A stretch of DNA of 64,000 bases from Candidatus Enterousia sp. (lineage in GTDB: Bacteria; Pseudomonadota; Alphaproteobacteria; Rs-D84), in contig JAZNVR010000023.1 in assembly GCA_045592905.1 (NCBI GenBank), positions 12,986 through 76,985 of the forward strand, given 5' to 3'. Both the position numbers and the translations under genes were made by a program. The notes below the pieces were generated by a model that did not search any database, had not been told where the DNA came from, and was given only the letters and a program-made list of their open reading frames with translations. Every line of letters begins with the position of its first letter. The first letter of the stretch is position 1. Below, piece after piece: positions 36,332-45,135 of this stretch.

Positions 36332-37612
36332 TTATATTGGTAAAACCACCCTGACTTTTAACCCGCCCAGGTCGCTGTTTTCCAAAAATAACTGACCCCC
36401 ATGATTTTCAATGGCTGTTTGGGCAATTGATAACCCCAGTCCTGTGCCACCAGTATCTGTGCCGCGTGCATCGTCCAGGCGGACAAATGGACGCAGTGCG
36501 TCTTTCTTGCGGTCGTCTGGAATTCCAACACCATCGTCTTCAATTATTATTTCAATGCTGTCAATAGAATCTATTTCGGTTATCTTTATCTTTTTATTTG
36601 CATATCTTGCAGCGTTTTCAATAATATTGCCGAATGCTCGTGCTAATGCCATTGGTCTGGCATAGAATTGTGCAGGATTGTCTGGAAAGTTTGTAATTAT
36701 CTTTTTATCTGGAGCCGCATCACGTGCAATGCGTGTCAGCATTGGGGGCAGTTCTGTTGCCTGCTCTATTTCTGGGGTTTCACCACGTGCAAATGCCAGA
36801 TATCCGTTAACCATTTCTGTCATTCTGTCAATATCACGAATTAAATCATCGTTTGACGCTGTATTCGTTTCAATAGACAGTCGCATACGTGTCAGTGGTG
36901 CTTTTAAGTCGTGGCTTACTGCATTCAGCATGTCTGTACGTGTGCGATTGTATCTGTCTAGACGTTCTTTCATTGTTATCATAGAAGCGGCTGCTTCGCG
37001 GATTTCTTTGGAACCACTTGGTGTAAATCCAGGTGCGTCCAGACCACGACCAAAGCGACTGGCCGCACGTGCAATACGACGAATGCTGCGTGTGTGCATG
37101 ATTATAAATGGCGTGACTAATATAGATACAATTAAAATAGAACCCAATAACCATATAATAAATACTTCGGTACTGGTTGAATATATACGATATAATGATG
37201 TTCCAAATGTTGCAATTTCTTTGTTCTGTGTGGGTACATCAACAAAAACTAAACGTTTTCCTTTGTCTATATAAATATCAGCGGGGCGTTTCAAGCGTTT
37301 GGATAGTTCTGTTGCAAGTTCCCCTGTTTCGTGTTTGTTGTTATCGTTTTTAGCAGGACGATTTAATTTTTGATTTATACTAAAATTAACCCCAATACCG
37401 TTTGCCAGTTGTTGTGCATCAGCAATTTTATTACGATCAATAAAATCCATCATAGTTACAATTTCACCGGCAAGTGTGCGGGCTAATGTGTTATGAACAC
37501 GTGACCAATGGTTGCCAAAAAAAGCATTTGCAACAATTATTTGTGCAACAACTAATGGTATCAATATCATCAATATCGTTCGCCATAAGAAACTGCGTGG
37601 TATTAATCTCAT
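36332..37612 (-). CDS. EnvZ-like sensor histidine kinase (2 TM, HAMP, HisKA, HATPase_c)
   Basis: H-box VSHDLKAPLTRM, an N-box, the G2 box GGTGLGLSIA, and two TM segments flanking a periplasmic loop. Confidence 0.9.
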   Translation of the reverse strand: MRLIPRSFLWRTILMILIPLVVAQIIVANAFFGNHWSRVHNTLARTLAGEIVTMMDFIDRNKIADAQQLANGIGVNFSINQKLNRPAKNDNNKHETGELATELSKRLKRPADIYIDKGKRLVFVDVPTQNKEIATFGTSLYRIYSTSTEVFIIWLLGSILIVSILVTPFIIMHTRSIRRIARAASRFGRGLDAPGFTPSGSKEIREAAASMITMKERLDRYNRTRTDMLNAVSHDLKAPLTRMRLSIETNTASNDDLIRDIDRMTEMVNGYLAFARGETPEIEQATELPPMLTRIARDAAPDKKIITNFPDNPAQFYARPMALARAFGNIIENAARYANKKIKITEIDSIDSIEIIIEDDGVGIPDDRKKDALRPFVRLDDARGTDTGGTGLGLSIAQTAIENHGGQLFLENSDLGGLKVRVVLPI

Positions 37613-37651
37613 GTTTTTTTCTCTTTGTGTTGCAAGGGTGTAAGCCTTGGT

Positions 37652-38284
37652 TTACTGGGCGGACAAGTCAATAAGTTTATATCCTTGACCACGAATAGTT
37701 ATTATATCTAGGTTTGATAATACCATTTTTAATTTGCTTCGCAAGCGTTTTGCAACCATTGGTGGTGCAGGCACAATATTCCCAACAGGGTGTGTCAGAT
37801 GTTGTAATAATTTTTTTTCTTCGCCAGATAATGCCAATGCCTTGGCAGATTTGTCGGTTGTTACAAAAAATTCGTTATCTGCGAATGATAACCCATTGGG
37901 CATTTTGGAATATGTATAACTATCTTTCTTTATGATATTATTAAGACGCAAAATCAATTCACGTATTTGGAACGGTTTTGCCAGATAGTCATTCGCACCA
38001 TTAGATAAGCCATCAATTGTGTTTTCTGGCCCAGACATTGCTGTCAACATAATCACAGGAGTTTGATTTCCAGAATTTCGTATCTGTTTCAGAAACGTTA
38101 GGCCATCAATACCTGTCATCATTCTGTCCAGAATAATGGCATCAACGGATATTTTTGATAAAATTTCTGCAGCGTTTTCTGCGGATGATGCGGTTAAAAC
38201 ATTAAAACAATCATTACGTAACCCCTTGGACAGCGAGGTACGTAAAACATTGTCATCGTCAATAACTAAAACTGTTTTGTTCAT
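37652..38284 (-). CDS. OmpR-family response regulator (divergent, short winged-helix domain)
   Basis: Receiver domain motifs VLVIDDD...ILDRMMTGIDG...ML(T)A...DYLAKPF. The C-terminal ...ITIRGQGYKL is like the OmpR wing. Confidence 0.85.
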   Translation of the reverse strand: MNKTVLVIDDDNVLRTSLSKGLRNDCFNVLTASSAENAAEILSKISVDAIILDRMMTGIDGLTFLKQIRNSGNQTPVIMLTAMSGPENTIDGLSNGANDYLAKPFQIRELILRLNNIIKKDSYTYSKMPNGLSFADNEFFVTTDKSAKALALSGEEKKLLQHLTHPVGNIVPAPPMVAKRLRSKLKMVLSNLDIITIRGQGYKLIDLSAQ

Positions 38285-39195
38285 TTTCTCATTGGTTCAA
38301 CAGCATATTCGCCAGGTTGTATTGTGCGATTGCCGTTGTTTGGTACTTCGTCATCATACGTTGCTGCACGAAACTGCATGCCACCTGTTGTAAATTCTGT
38401 TTTGAACAGTGCATACCCTGTTCCGCCACCTGTGGTTGGGCCCTGCATCCCCAAAGAATAATAACCACCCAGTATACCATAATCCAAGTCAATATAATCT
38501 AAACTGACGATTAATGAAACACTGCTGATACCATCGCTGGTCATGTTACATGCAAATTCACGATTTGATAAAACTGCTTCTGAATTTACTGGAACAACAA
38601 TATCCATAACGGTTGGTTCGCAATTACGGTCAATACCATTTACCAAGAATTCATATGTCATACCAACAGTTGCCTTGGATAAACCAGTAGATACACTGAC
38701 CTGTGAAATGGTGCCTTTGGGAATTTTTACCATTGCGTTTGCAATACCAGAACGTACAGGGAAAGAAATGCCAGACTGCAGACAATCACGTGAGAAAGGA
38801 TCTGCTTCGCAAATATATACACGTGAATGTGCGTTCATCATAAACATATTTGCCAAACTGTTAAACAAGAAAGAACGTGTAATACGGTCGTTCAAACGTG
38901 TGCAACCAAAATTACGGCAAATAACCATTGGGCGATTTGCAAACATTACCCCTGGGTGCATTGCTGCTTCTGCGTTGCGTGCATCAATGATGTTTTGATC
39001 ATAATCAAGACTGTCTGCACGTTCCATAAATTCTGTTTCAGGAATAAAATTTGGGTCGTCTGGATACGCGTAGTATGACTGAACCGGTGTTTCAGTGTAT
39101 ATTGTCTGAAATTCTTGGTATGTCATTTCTTCCTGGGCATAGGCAGAAAATCCGCAGAATACTGCAAAAATAGACGTTAAAAATATTTTCAACAT
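38281..39195 (-). CDS. secreted hypothetical protein co-transcribed with the two-component system
   Basis: Signal peptide MLKIFLTSIFAVFCGFSAYA and a 4-nt overlap with the response-regulator start. 304 aa, no family recognised. Confidence 0.75.
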   Translation of the reverse strand: MLKIFLTSIFAVFCGFSAYAQEEMTYQEFQTIYTETPVQSYYAYPDDPNFIPETEFMERADSLDYDQNIIDARNAEAAMHPGVMFANRPMVICRNFGCTRLNDRITRSFLFNSLANMFMMNAHSRVYICEADPFSRDCLQSGISFPVRSGIANAMVKIPKGTISQVSVSTGLSKATVGMTYEFLVNGIDRNCEPTVMDIVVPVNSEAVLSNREFACNMTSDGISSVSLIVSLDYIDLDYGILGGYYSLGMQGPTTGGGTGYALFKTEFTTGGMQFRAATYDDEVPNNGNRTIQPGEYAVEPMRK

Positions 39196-39332
39196 GGTAC
39201 GACCTTTTGTTCTCTCAGATGAATATTAGAACATTTTGGACATTTGTGTCAAAACAAAAATATTTTTATTGAAATTTGTATTCGGTTTGTTCTAACGTTT
39301 AGTATGATTAATATAAAAGAAAGGTAGAAAGT

Positions 39333-39992
39333 ATGGTTGATATCATAATTTCAGGGGAAGCAGGTAAATTACATGCTGTTTATCATAAATCTGAGCAGGA
39401 AGCAGCACCATTGGCGGTAATACTGTCTGGTAATCCACGTCAGAAATATCATATGAATGATCGTGTTTCGTATGCGATGTTTCGTGCGTTTATGGATATT
39501 GGTTTTTCTGTTGTTAGATTTAATTATCGTGGTGTTGGTGATTCCGAAGGGGTAATTGGCACAACGTCCGAAAATATGTTGGATATTGCAACAGTGATTG
39601 ATTGGATACAAAATCACAATGAAGATAGTGATAAAATTTGGCTGGCGGGACATCAGTTGGGTGCGTGGTATGTGTTGCAGGCAATGATGCGTCGCCCAGA
39701 AATTTCTGGTTTTACATTGGTTTCACCTGATGCATCTGTGTCGGATTTTGCATTCTTGTCACCACGTCCAAATCGTGGTTTGTTACTGCAAGGCGGAATG
39801 GAATCTGATGATGCACGTACGTTCGGAACACATTTGACACAAATCTTGAAAAAACAAGCACAAATAGATTTGGAAACTATTCGTGTCAAAGGTGCGGACG
39901 CAATGTATAGTCAACCGGCAGATTTACGGCAAATGTATAATGACCTGAAAGCGTATGTTGGACGTGAAAACGAAGAAGATAAGTTGTTATAA
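39333..39992 (+). CDS. alpha/beta-hydrolase-fold protein (COG2945-like) lacking the nucleophile serine
   Basis: Fold pattern ...VILSGNP...FNYRGVGDSEG...IWLAGHQLGA..., where G-x-S-x-G would be expected. Confidence 0.75.
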   Translation: MVDIIISGEAGKLHAVYHKSEQEAAPLAVILSGNPRQKYHMNDRVSYAMFRAFMDIGFSVVRFNYRGVGDSEGVIGTTSENMLDIATVIDWIQNHNEDSDKIWLAGHQLGAWYVLQAMMRRPEISGFTLVSPDASVSDFAFLSPRPNRGLLLQGGMESDDARTFGTHLTQILKKQAQIDLETIRVKGADAMYSQPADLRQMYNDLKAYVGRENEEDKLL

Positions 39993-39995
39993 AAT

Positions 39996-40985
39996 ATGCA
40001 AAACAAAGAAAGATTTTTAGATGCAAATATTCCAGACGATATGGCTGCAACCATTCGTCCACGCAGTTTAACGGACTTTATCGGGCATGAAAGTTTGAAA
40101 CAAAACTTGTCTGTTTTTGTTGCAGGTGCACGCAGTCGTGGCGAAGCAATGGATCATGTGTTGTTGTATGGCCCCCCAGGATTAGGTAAAACAACATTGG
40201 CACATATTGTCGCAAATGAACTGGGGACAAATTTTCGTGCGACGTCTGCACCAATGCTTACAAAACAAGGAGATTTGGCAGCAATATTGACCGCTTTGGA
40301 ACCGATGGATGTTTTATTCATTGATGAAATTCACCGTTTGCCAACTGCAATTGAGGAAGTTTTATATTCCGCAATGGAAGATTTTAAGTTAGATATTATG
40401 TTGGGCGAAGGTGCCAGTGCGAAAAGTGTACGTATTGACCTGCCCCCATTTACATTGGTTGGGGCGACGACACGTACTGGACTGTTGTCAAATCCATTGC
40501 GTGACAGGTTTGGAATTGATTTAAGATTGACATTTTATTCGCCAGATGATTTGTCTAAAATTATTAAACGCAGTGCAAATATATTGGGAATGCCAATTGA
40601 TGATATGGGGGCTTTGATGCTGGCGAAATCATCACGTGGAACACCTCGTATTGCAAACAGACTGTTGAAGCGGGCACGTGATTTTGCGTGTGCATTGAAA
40701 AAAACAGAAATAACAGCAGATATTATTAAAACTACCCTGTTCCAGTTACATATTGACGATTGTGGTCTGGATGAAATTGACAGGGAATATATGAATACGA
40801 TTATAAAATTTTATGCAGGTGGGCCTGTTGGAATTGAAAATCTGTCCGCAGCATTGTCAGAACCCAGTGATACAATAGAAGATGTTATTGAGCCGTATTT
40901 AATGCAGTTGGGTTTTGTTCAGCGTACACCACGTGGACGTATTATTACTGATTTGGGATACCAACATTTAGGATTAGAAAAATGA
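39996..40985 (+). CDS. ruvB: Holliday junction branch migration ATPase RuvB
   Basis: RP..L.DFIGH......L.......[38 protein letters not shown]. Confidence 0.95.
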   Translation: MQNKERFLDANIPDDMAATIRPRSLTDFIGHESLKQNLSVFVAGARSRGEAMDHVLLYGPPGLGKTTLAHIVANELGTNFRATSAPMLTKQGDLAAILTALEPMDVLFIDEIHRLPTAIEEVLYSAMEDFKLDIMLGEGASAKSVRIDLPPFTLVGATTRTGLLSNPLRDRFGIDLRLTFYSPDDLSKIIKRSANILGMPIDDMGALMLAKSSRGTPRIANRLLKRARDFACALKKTEITADIIKTTLFQLHIDDCGLDEIDREYMNTIIKFYAGGPVGIENLSAALSEPSDTIEDVIEPYLMQLGFVQRTPRGRIITDLGYQHLGLEK

Positions 40986-41698
40986 AAAAATATATGTTAT
41001 GGCATTTTTGCCGCATTGTTTTTTGCTGTGTTTTGTTAGTTGGCTGTGCCACAACAGGAAATGTACAATATAAAACAAATCTAAAACCATATACAATAAA
41101 TGGAAAAACGTATTATCCTGTTGCGTCTGCAAATGGATATAATGAAACAGGTGTTGCATCATGGTATGGCCCAAAATTTCATGGCAAAAAGACTGCCAGT
41201 GGGGAAAGGTATAACCAAAATGCAATGACTGCTGCACATAAAACGTTACCATTTGGTACACGTTTGCGTGTTACAAATCTGGATAATAATAAAAATGTTA
41301 CGGTTGTTGTGAATGATAGAGGTCCGTTTGTAGATGGACGGATAATAGATTTATCACGTGCAGCAGCAAATAAGTTAGATATGATGCACAGTGGAACAGC
41401 ACGTGTAAAATTGCAAAGTTTAGATTCTGCAGGGAAATCAAATGCTGTAAATGTCAAATCAGTGGCTGGTTCTGGTGGAAATTATTATGTTCAGGTTGGT
41501 GCTTTTTCTTCACGTGTAAATGCAGATGCGACAGCCGCAAAATTAAAACAATCAGGATATAATACATATGTGAAGTCTGGGAAACAGAGTGAATATGTGG
41601 TACACGCAGGAACTTATTCTACCAAGGAACAAGCAGAACAAATACGTGATTTATTGCGAAATACTTTTCCTGGGGCGTTTATAGTATGGCAGAAGTAA
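40982..41698 (+). CDS. rlpA: RlpA-family lipoprotein with SPOR domain (second paralogue)
   Basis: Lipobox [25 protein letters not shown]....[19 protein letters not shown]...V.V.VNDRGPF...RIIDLS, and [13 protein letters not shown]. Confidence 0.9.
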   Translation: MKKYMLWHFCRIVFCCVLLVGCATTGNVQYKTNLKPYTINGKTYYPVASANGYNETGVASWYGPKFHGKKTASGERYNQNAMTAAHKTLPFGTRLRVTNLDNNKNVTVVVNDRGPFVDGRIIDLSRAAANKLDMMHSGTARVKLQSLDSAGKSNAVNVKSVAGSGGNYYVQVGAFSSRVNADATAAKLKQSGYNTYVKSGKQSEYVVHAGTYSTKEQAEQIRDLLRNTFPGAFIVWQK

Positions 41699-42315
41699 TG
41701 AAAAAAATCATAGATTTTTTGACCATTGCAGAAAAACTGGAATGTGAATACCGTTTGACCCGTATGTCAGATGATATGCCCCAGGCGGTTGCATCGCATT
41801 CATGGAATATGGCGATGATTTCAATGGTGTTACAGCCCTATTTCCAAAATGACTATGATATGCGACGGGTGATGGAATTGTGTTTGATTCATGATTTGCC
41901 CGAAGCGATTGCACATGATGTGCCGTTGCACAAACAAACACCCCAGGTGCGGGAACAAAAGCATGCAGCGGAAACGGCAGCAGTGAAACAAATTCTGGGG
42001 ATTTTACAGAATGAACGTATTGCAGATTTGTTTGCGGAATACGATGCACGACAAACAAAAGAATCACAATTAGTCAAAGCATTAGATGTTATGGATACAG
42101 CAGTGCAACATATGTGTGCCAAAGATTTAACGTATATAGGCAGGTTTGATAATGGATTTTATTGGAAACTATTTTTTAATGATGAATTTGCTAAAATGTT
42201 TGATTTTGAGCCGGTATTGCGACGTCTTTTGGATGAAATTAGAATGCGTGTAGCGGCACGATTAAAAGAAGAATTAGGTATAGATGCAGCGGGGTATAAA
42301 AATGAAAGTGCATAA
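41686..42315 (+). CDS. HD-domain phosphohydrolase (YfbR/5'-deoxynucleotidase-like)
   Basis: HSWNMAM....., then HDLPEAIAHDVP (HD...D). An alternative start at 41698 forms TAATG with the rlpA stop. Confidence 0.75.
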   Translation: MAEVMKKIIDFLTIAEKLECEYRLTRMSDDMPQAVASHSWNMAMISMVLQPYFQNDYDMRRVMELCLIHDLPEAIAHDVPLHKQTPQVREQKHAAETAAVKQILGILQNERIADLFAEYDARQTKESQLVKALDVMDTAVQHMCAKDLTYIGRFDNGFYWKLFFNDEFAKMFDFEPVLRRLLDEIRMRVAARLKEELGIDAAGYKNESA

Positions 42316-42676
42316 GTTCCCATTTACAATTGCATATGCGGACACCGATGCCGAAGGTATTGTTTATCATGCCAGATATTTAGAAATTGCAGAACGTGCC
42401 AGAATGAACTGGTTGCATGGTCGTTTTCATGCCGGCGATGATGTTGGCTTTGTTGTTCGTGAATTAAATATAAAATACGTTCAGCCATTATATGTTGAAG
42501 ATGAATTGACTGTTTTGTCGCAAATGGTAGATGTTCGTAACGCAAGTATAGTTATAGAACAAAAATTTATAAAAAATAGTGAAATTTGTGCTATAATTGA
42601 AATTAAGGTTGCGTATTTAGGAAAAGATATGCGTCCAAAGCGTATACCAACAGTATTACTTGATGGGCTTGTATAA
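42302..42676 (+). CDS. ybgC: tol-pal-associated acyl-CoA thioesterase (4HBT family)
   Basis: F...I.YADTDAEGIVYHARYLEIAERAR..WL, positioned immediately upstream of tolQ. Confidence 0.85.
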   Translation: MKVHKFPFTIAYADTDAEGIVYHARYLEIAERARMNWLHGRFHAGDDVGFVVRELNIKYVQPLYVEDELTVLSQMVDVRNASIVIEQKFIKNSEICAIIEIKVAYLGKDMRPKRIPTVLLDGLV

Positions 42677-42693
42677 AATAAAGAGGAATAAAA

Positions 42694-43182
42694 ATGGAAA
42701 ACAGTTTTTCAATGTTAAACTTATTTACTGGTGATATTATGACACTGTTTGTGTCTGTTGTTCTGGTGGTTTTTAGTGTATTGTCATGGACAGTAATTAT
42801 AGAAAAAATACGTTTGTGGCGTATGGTAAAAAGAAATCCTGTAAAAATTCAGAAAAATGTTAATTTAGACACCTTTGTAGATAAAATTATACAGCCATTT
42901 GATAAAAATTTGTGGTTTTTGTCCATGGTTGCGTATATTTCACCGTTTATTGGTTTGTTTGGAACTGTTTGGGGGGTTATGGATTCTTTTGCGTCTATTG
43001 GTGTTAATCAATCTGTCAGTATTGGTGTGATTGCACCTGGGTTGGCGGTGGCGTTGGGTACAACTGCATTGGGGTTAATTGCGGCTATTCCAGCAGCAAT
43101 TGCACAGCAATATTTTGCAAAGAAATCTGATGATTTATATGACAGATTAACACAGGAAGTTCATGAACAAAAATTGAAATAA
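42694..43182 (+). CDS. tolQ: TolQ (MotA/TolQ/ExbB proton channel), short form
   Basis: ISPFIGLFGTVWGVMDSFASIG and LAVALGTTALGLIAAIPA. At 162 aa it is shorter than typical TolQ, with a reduced cytoplasmic loop. Confidence 0.85.
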   Translation: MENSFSMLNLFTGDIMTLFVSVVLVVFSVLSWTVIIEKIRLWRMVKRNPVKIQKNVNLDTFVDKIIQPFDKNLWFLSMVAYISPFIGLFGTVWGVMDSFASIGVNQSVSIGVIAPGLAVALGTTALGLIAAIPAAIAQQYFAKKSDDLYDRLTQEVHEQKLK

Positions 43183-43200
43183 TACCAAGGGAAATTGATT

Positions 43201-43602
43201 ATGTCTAGAATTCGTCGTAGACAATCAGATGCTGGGATTCAATTGACCCCAATGATTGATGTTATGACAGTGCTGTTGGCGGTGTTTATGGTTACAACAC
43301 CAATGATGACAACAGGAATTGATTTGGAATTACCACGTGCAGGTGCATCTGCGATGACCGGTGCAGATCACGCAATGCAGATTAGTGTTGATGCATATGG
43401 ACGTTATTTTTTGTCTGAAATGCAATTGTCACAGGATGATGTTGTAAAACGTGCTGTTGCAATGCGTGGCGAAAATCCAAATTTGACAATTATGATAAGT
43501 GGCGATACACATGCAGATTATGGTGCGGTTATGTCTGTTATGGGAAAACTGAAAGATGCAGGTTTTCAGAAAGTTGGATTAAGAACACAACCAGAAAAAT
43601 AA
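43201..43602 (+). CDS. tolR: TolR (ExbD/TolR family)
   Basis: LTPMIDVMTVLLAVFMVTTP TM, then ExbD-like periplasmic domain. The ATG at 43201 is preferred to the TTG at 43195. Confidence 0.85.
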   Translation: MSRIRRRQSDAGIQLTPMIDVMTVLLAVFMVTTPMMTTGIDLELPRAGASAMTGADHAMQISVDAYGRYFLSEMQLSQDDVVKRAVAMRGENPNLTIMISGDTHADYGAVMSVMGKLKDAGFQKVGLRTQPEK

Positions 43603-43603
43603 T

Positions 43604-44347
43604 ATGGCTAAATTTAATCAATTTTCAACAGAAAATTTTATGATGGCTGTTTGCGGACATCTGATATTGTTTGTTGTATTAATGATGGCGGCAACAATTG
43701 TGTTTGAACGGGCTAAATTGGTTGCCCCAGACAGAATTCAGATTATTGAAATTGATTTGAATAACGTCAAGGTTTCTGGCGATGAAACTAAATTATATAA
43801 TGTTGGTACACCAGAAGAAAAACAGAAAGAAAGCCAAGAAGAAACATCTGTGTCAAAATCAGAAGAACAGACAATTGAAAAAACAGAAATAAAATCAACG
43901 ACTTTGGTTGAAGAAGAAACAACAGATGTAAAGAAAGAAGAACCTAAACAAGAAGCCAAAAAAGAAAATAAAAATGTAGTAAAGAAAAAGCGTATTGTTC
44001 GTGTCAATCGTGAGGTTTTATCCCTGGACAGAACACTGACAATATCTGTGGTTGATGCACTGCGTGTTGCAATGACACGTTGTTGGGTGATTGATAGTGG
44101 GCGTCCAGATATTGCAGATATTCGTGCGGTCGCACATCTAAAGATGCGTAAAAATGGTACGGTTCAAAATGTCTGGTTTGAATCTGCGGCACGTGCAGAA
44201 TCTGATCCTGCATTTGCATATGTATTGGATACAATCAAAGAAGCGATTGATACGTGTCAGCCATTTCGTATGTTGCCGGTTGGTGAATATGCAAAATGGC
44301 AAGATATTCAGTTAACCTTTTATCCAACCCAGGGTAAGGTTATGTAG
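43604..44347 (+). CDS. tolA: TolA-like protein
   Basis: N-terminal TM, a K/E-rich helical spacer and a C-terminal TonB/TolA-type domain, in the tolQ-tolR-tolA order. Confidence 0.75.
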   Translation: MAKFNQFSTENFMMAVCGHLILFVVLMMAATIVFERAKLVAPDRIQIIEIDLNNVKVSGDETKLYNVGTPEEKQKESQEETSVSKSEEQTIEKTEIKSTTLVEEETTDVKKEEPKQEAKKENKNVVKKKRIVRVNREVLSLDRTLTISVVDALRVAMTRCWVIDSGRPDIADIRAVAHLKMRKNGTVQNVWFESAARAESDPAFAYVLDTIKEAIDTCQPFRMLPVGEYAKWQDIQLTFYPTQGKVM

Positions 44348-44396
44348 TTTTTTACCGTTAAATAGCGAACACTGAGTTGTGTATAGAAATGTAAAT

Positions 44397-44425
44397 AAAA
44401 AACGCACCGGATGGTGCGTGTTTTT
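44397..44425. terminator. bidirectional terminator shared by tolA and rnpB
   Basis: AAAAAACGCACCGGATGGTGCGTGTTTTT. Confidence 0.8.
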
Positions 44426-44429
44426 ATTG

Positions 44430-44745
44430 CAAGACAGGCATATAAGCCGGGTTCTGTTCTGCCACAAATCAGTTTTATACCATTTCGTGGTAGTGGACAT
44501 GATTAATCTGCATATTGCATTGCTGCATATGTCAAGCCTTCTACCCGCCCCCAATGTGGGACACATATGCGGAGGCCTATTTGAAGTTGCTGCACGCAGA
44601 GATTGCCCGTTTCACCCGAATTTAATCGTTTCGTCACTGTTGCTCTAATCGTCAGGTCGCCCTGCCCGGTATATTAGCCGGTGCGTTGTCCCATGCAGCC
44701 CGGACTTTCCTCTGATATTAATCAGCCATGCCCAGCCTGTCTTGT
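44430..44745 (-). ncRNA. rnpB: RNase P RNA, bacterial type A
   Basis: The reverse strand contains the universal GAGGAAAGUCCGGGCU (P4 5' side) and ACAGAACCCGGCUUAU (P4 3' side). P1 pairs AGACAGGC with GCCUGUCU at the two ends. Confidence 0.9.
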
Positions 44746-44785
44746 GTTGGACATGTTATCAATATTTAGATAGATTTCAATGTTT

Positions 44786-45001
44786 TTATTTCTTTTCGCC
44801 CATATGTTTTGCGGATTCTAATGCCAGACGCAGGGATTGTTCTGCGATTTGACGAATTTTTGGTGCAAATGTTCGCATATTCATTGTGTCTGCAACTGTA
44901 TCGCCAAAATTTCGTGCGATATGTTCAATTTGTGCGGGCGAAATAATAAAAATATCACTGATAATACTGTCTGTACTTAAATTCTGAATGTTTTCACGCA
45001 T
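44786..45001 (-). CDS. small hypothetical protein
   Basis: 71-aa ORF with AGGGAG-N6-ATG. It is helical and charged, with no recognised family. Confidence 0.55.
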   Translation of the reverse strand: MRENIQNLSTDSIISDIFIISPAQIEHIARNFGDTVADTMNMRTFAPKIRQIAEQSLRLALESAKHMGEKK

Positions 45002-45135
45002 AATTTCTCCCTTTGTGAATAAAAATTTATCTTTTTAGACTTGCTAAATTCGTTTAGTGTTATTATATACATAAAGTATCTTGACCGCAAGGCTCAAAAT
45101 TGCTATATATCTCATGATAAATACAAGGAAGAAAG

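Noticed and set aside
36678-37274. 198-aa antisense ORF inside the histidine kinase gene
   Set aside because: It has a Ser/Arg/Ile-rich shadow-frame composition. The opposite strand carries clear HisKA/HATPase motifs.
44312-44648. ORFs 44312-44566 (-) and 44379-44648 (+)
   Set aside because: They lie entirely within the RNase P RNA gene and its terminator. Their composition is junk-like.
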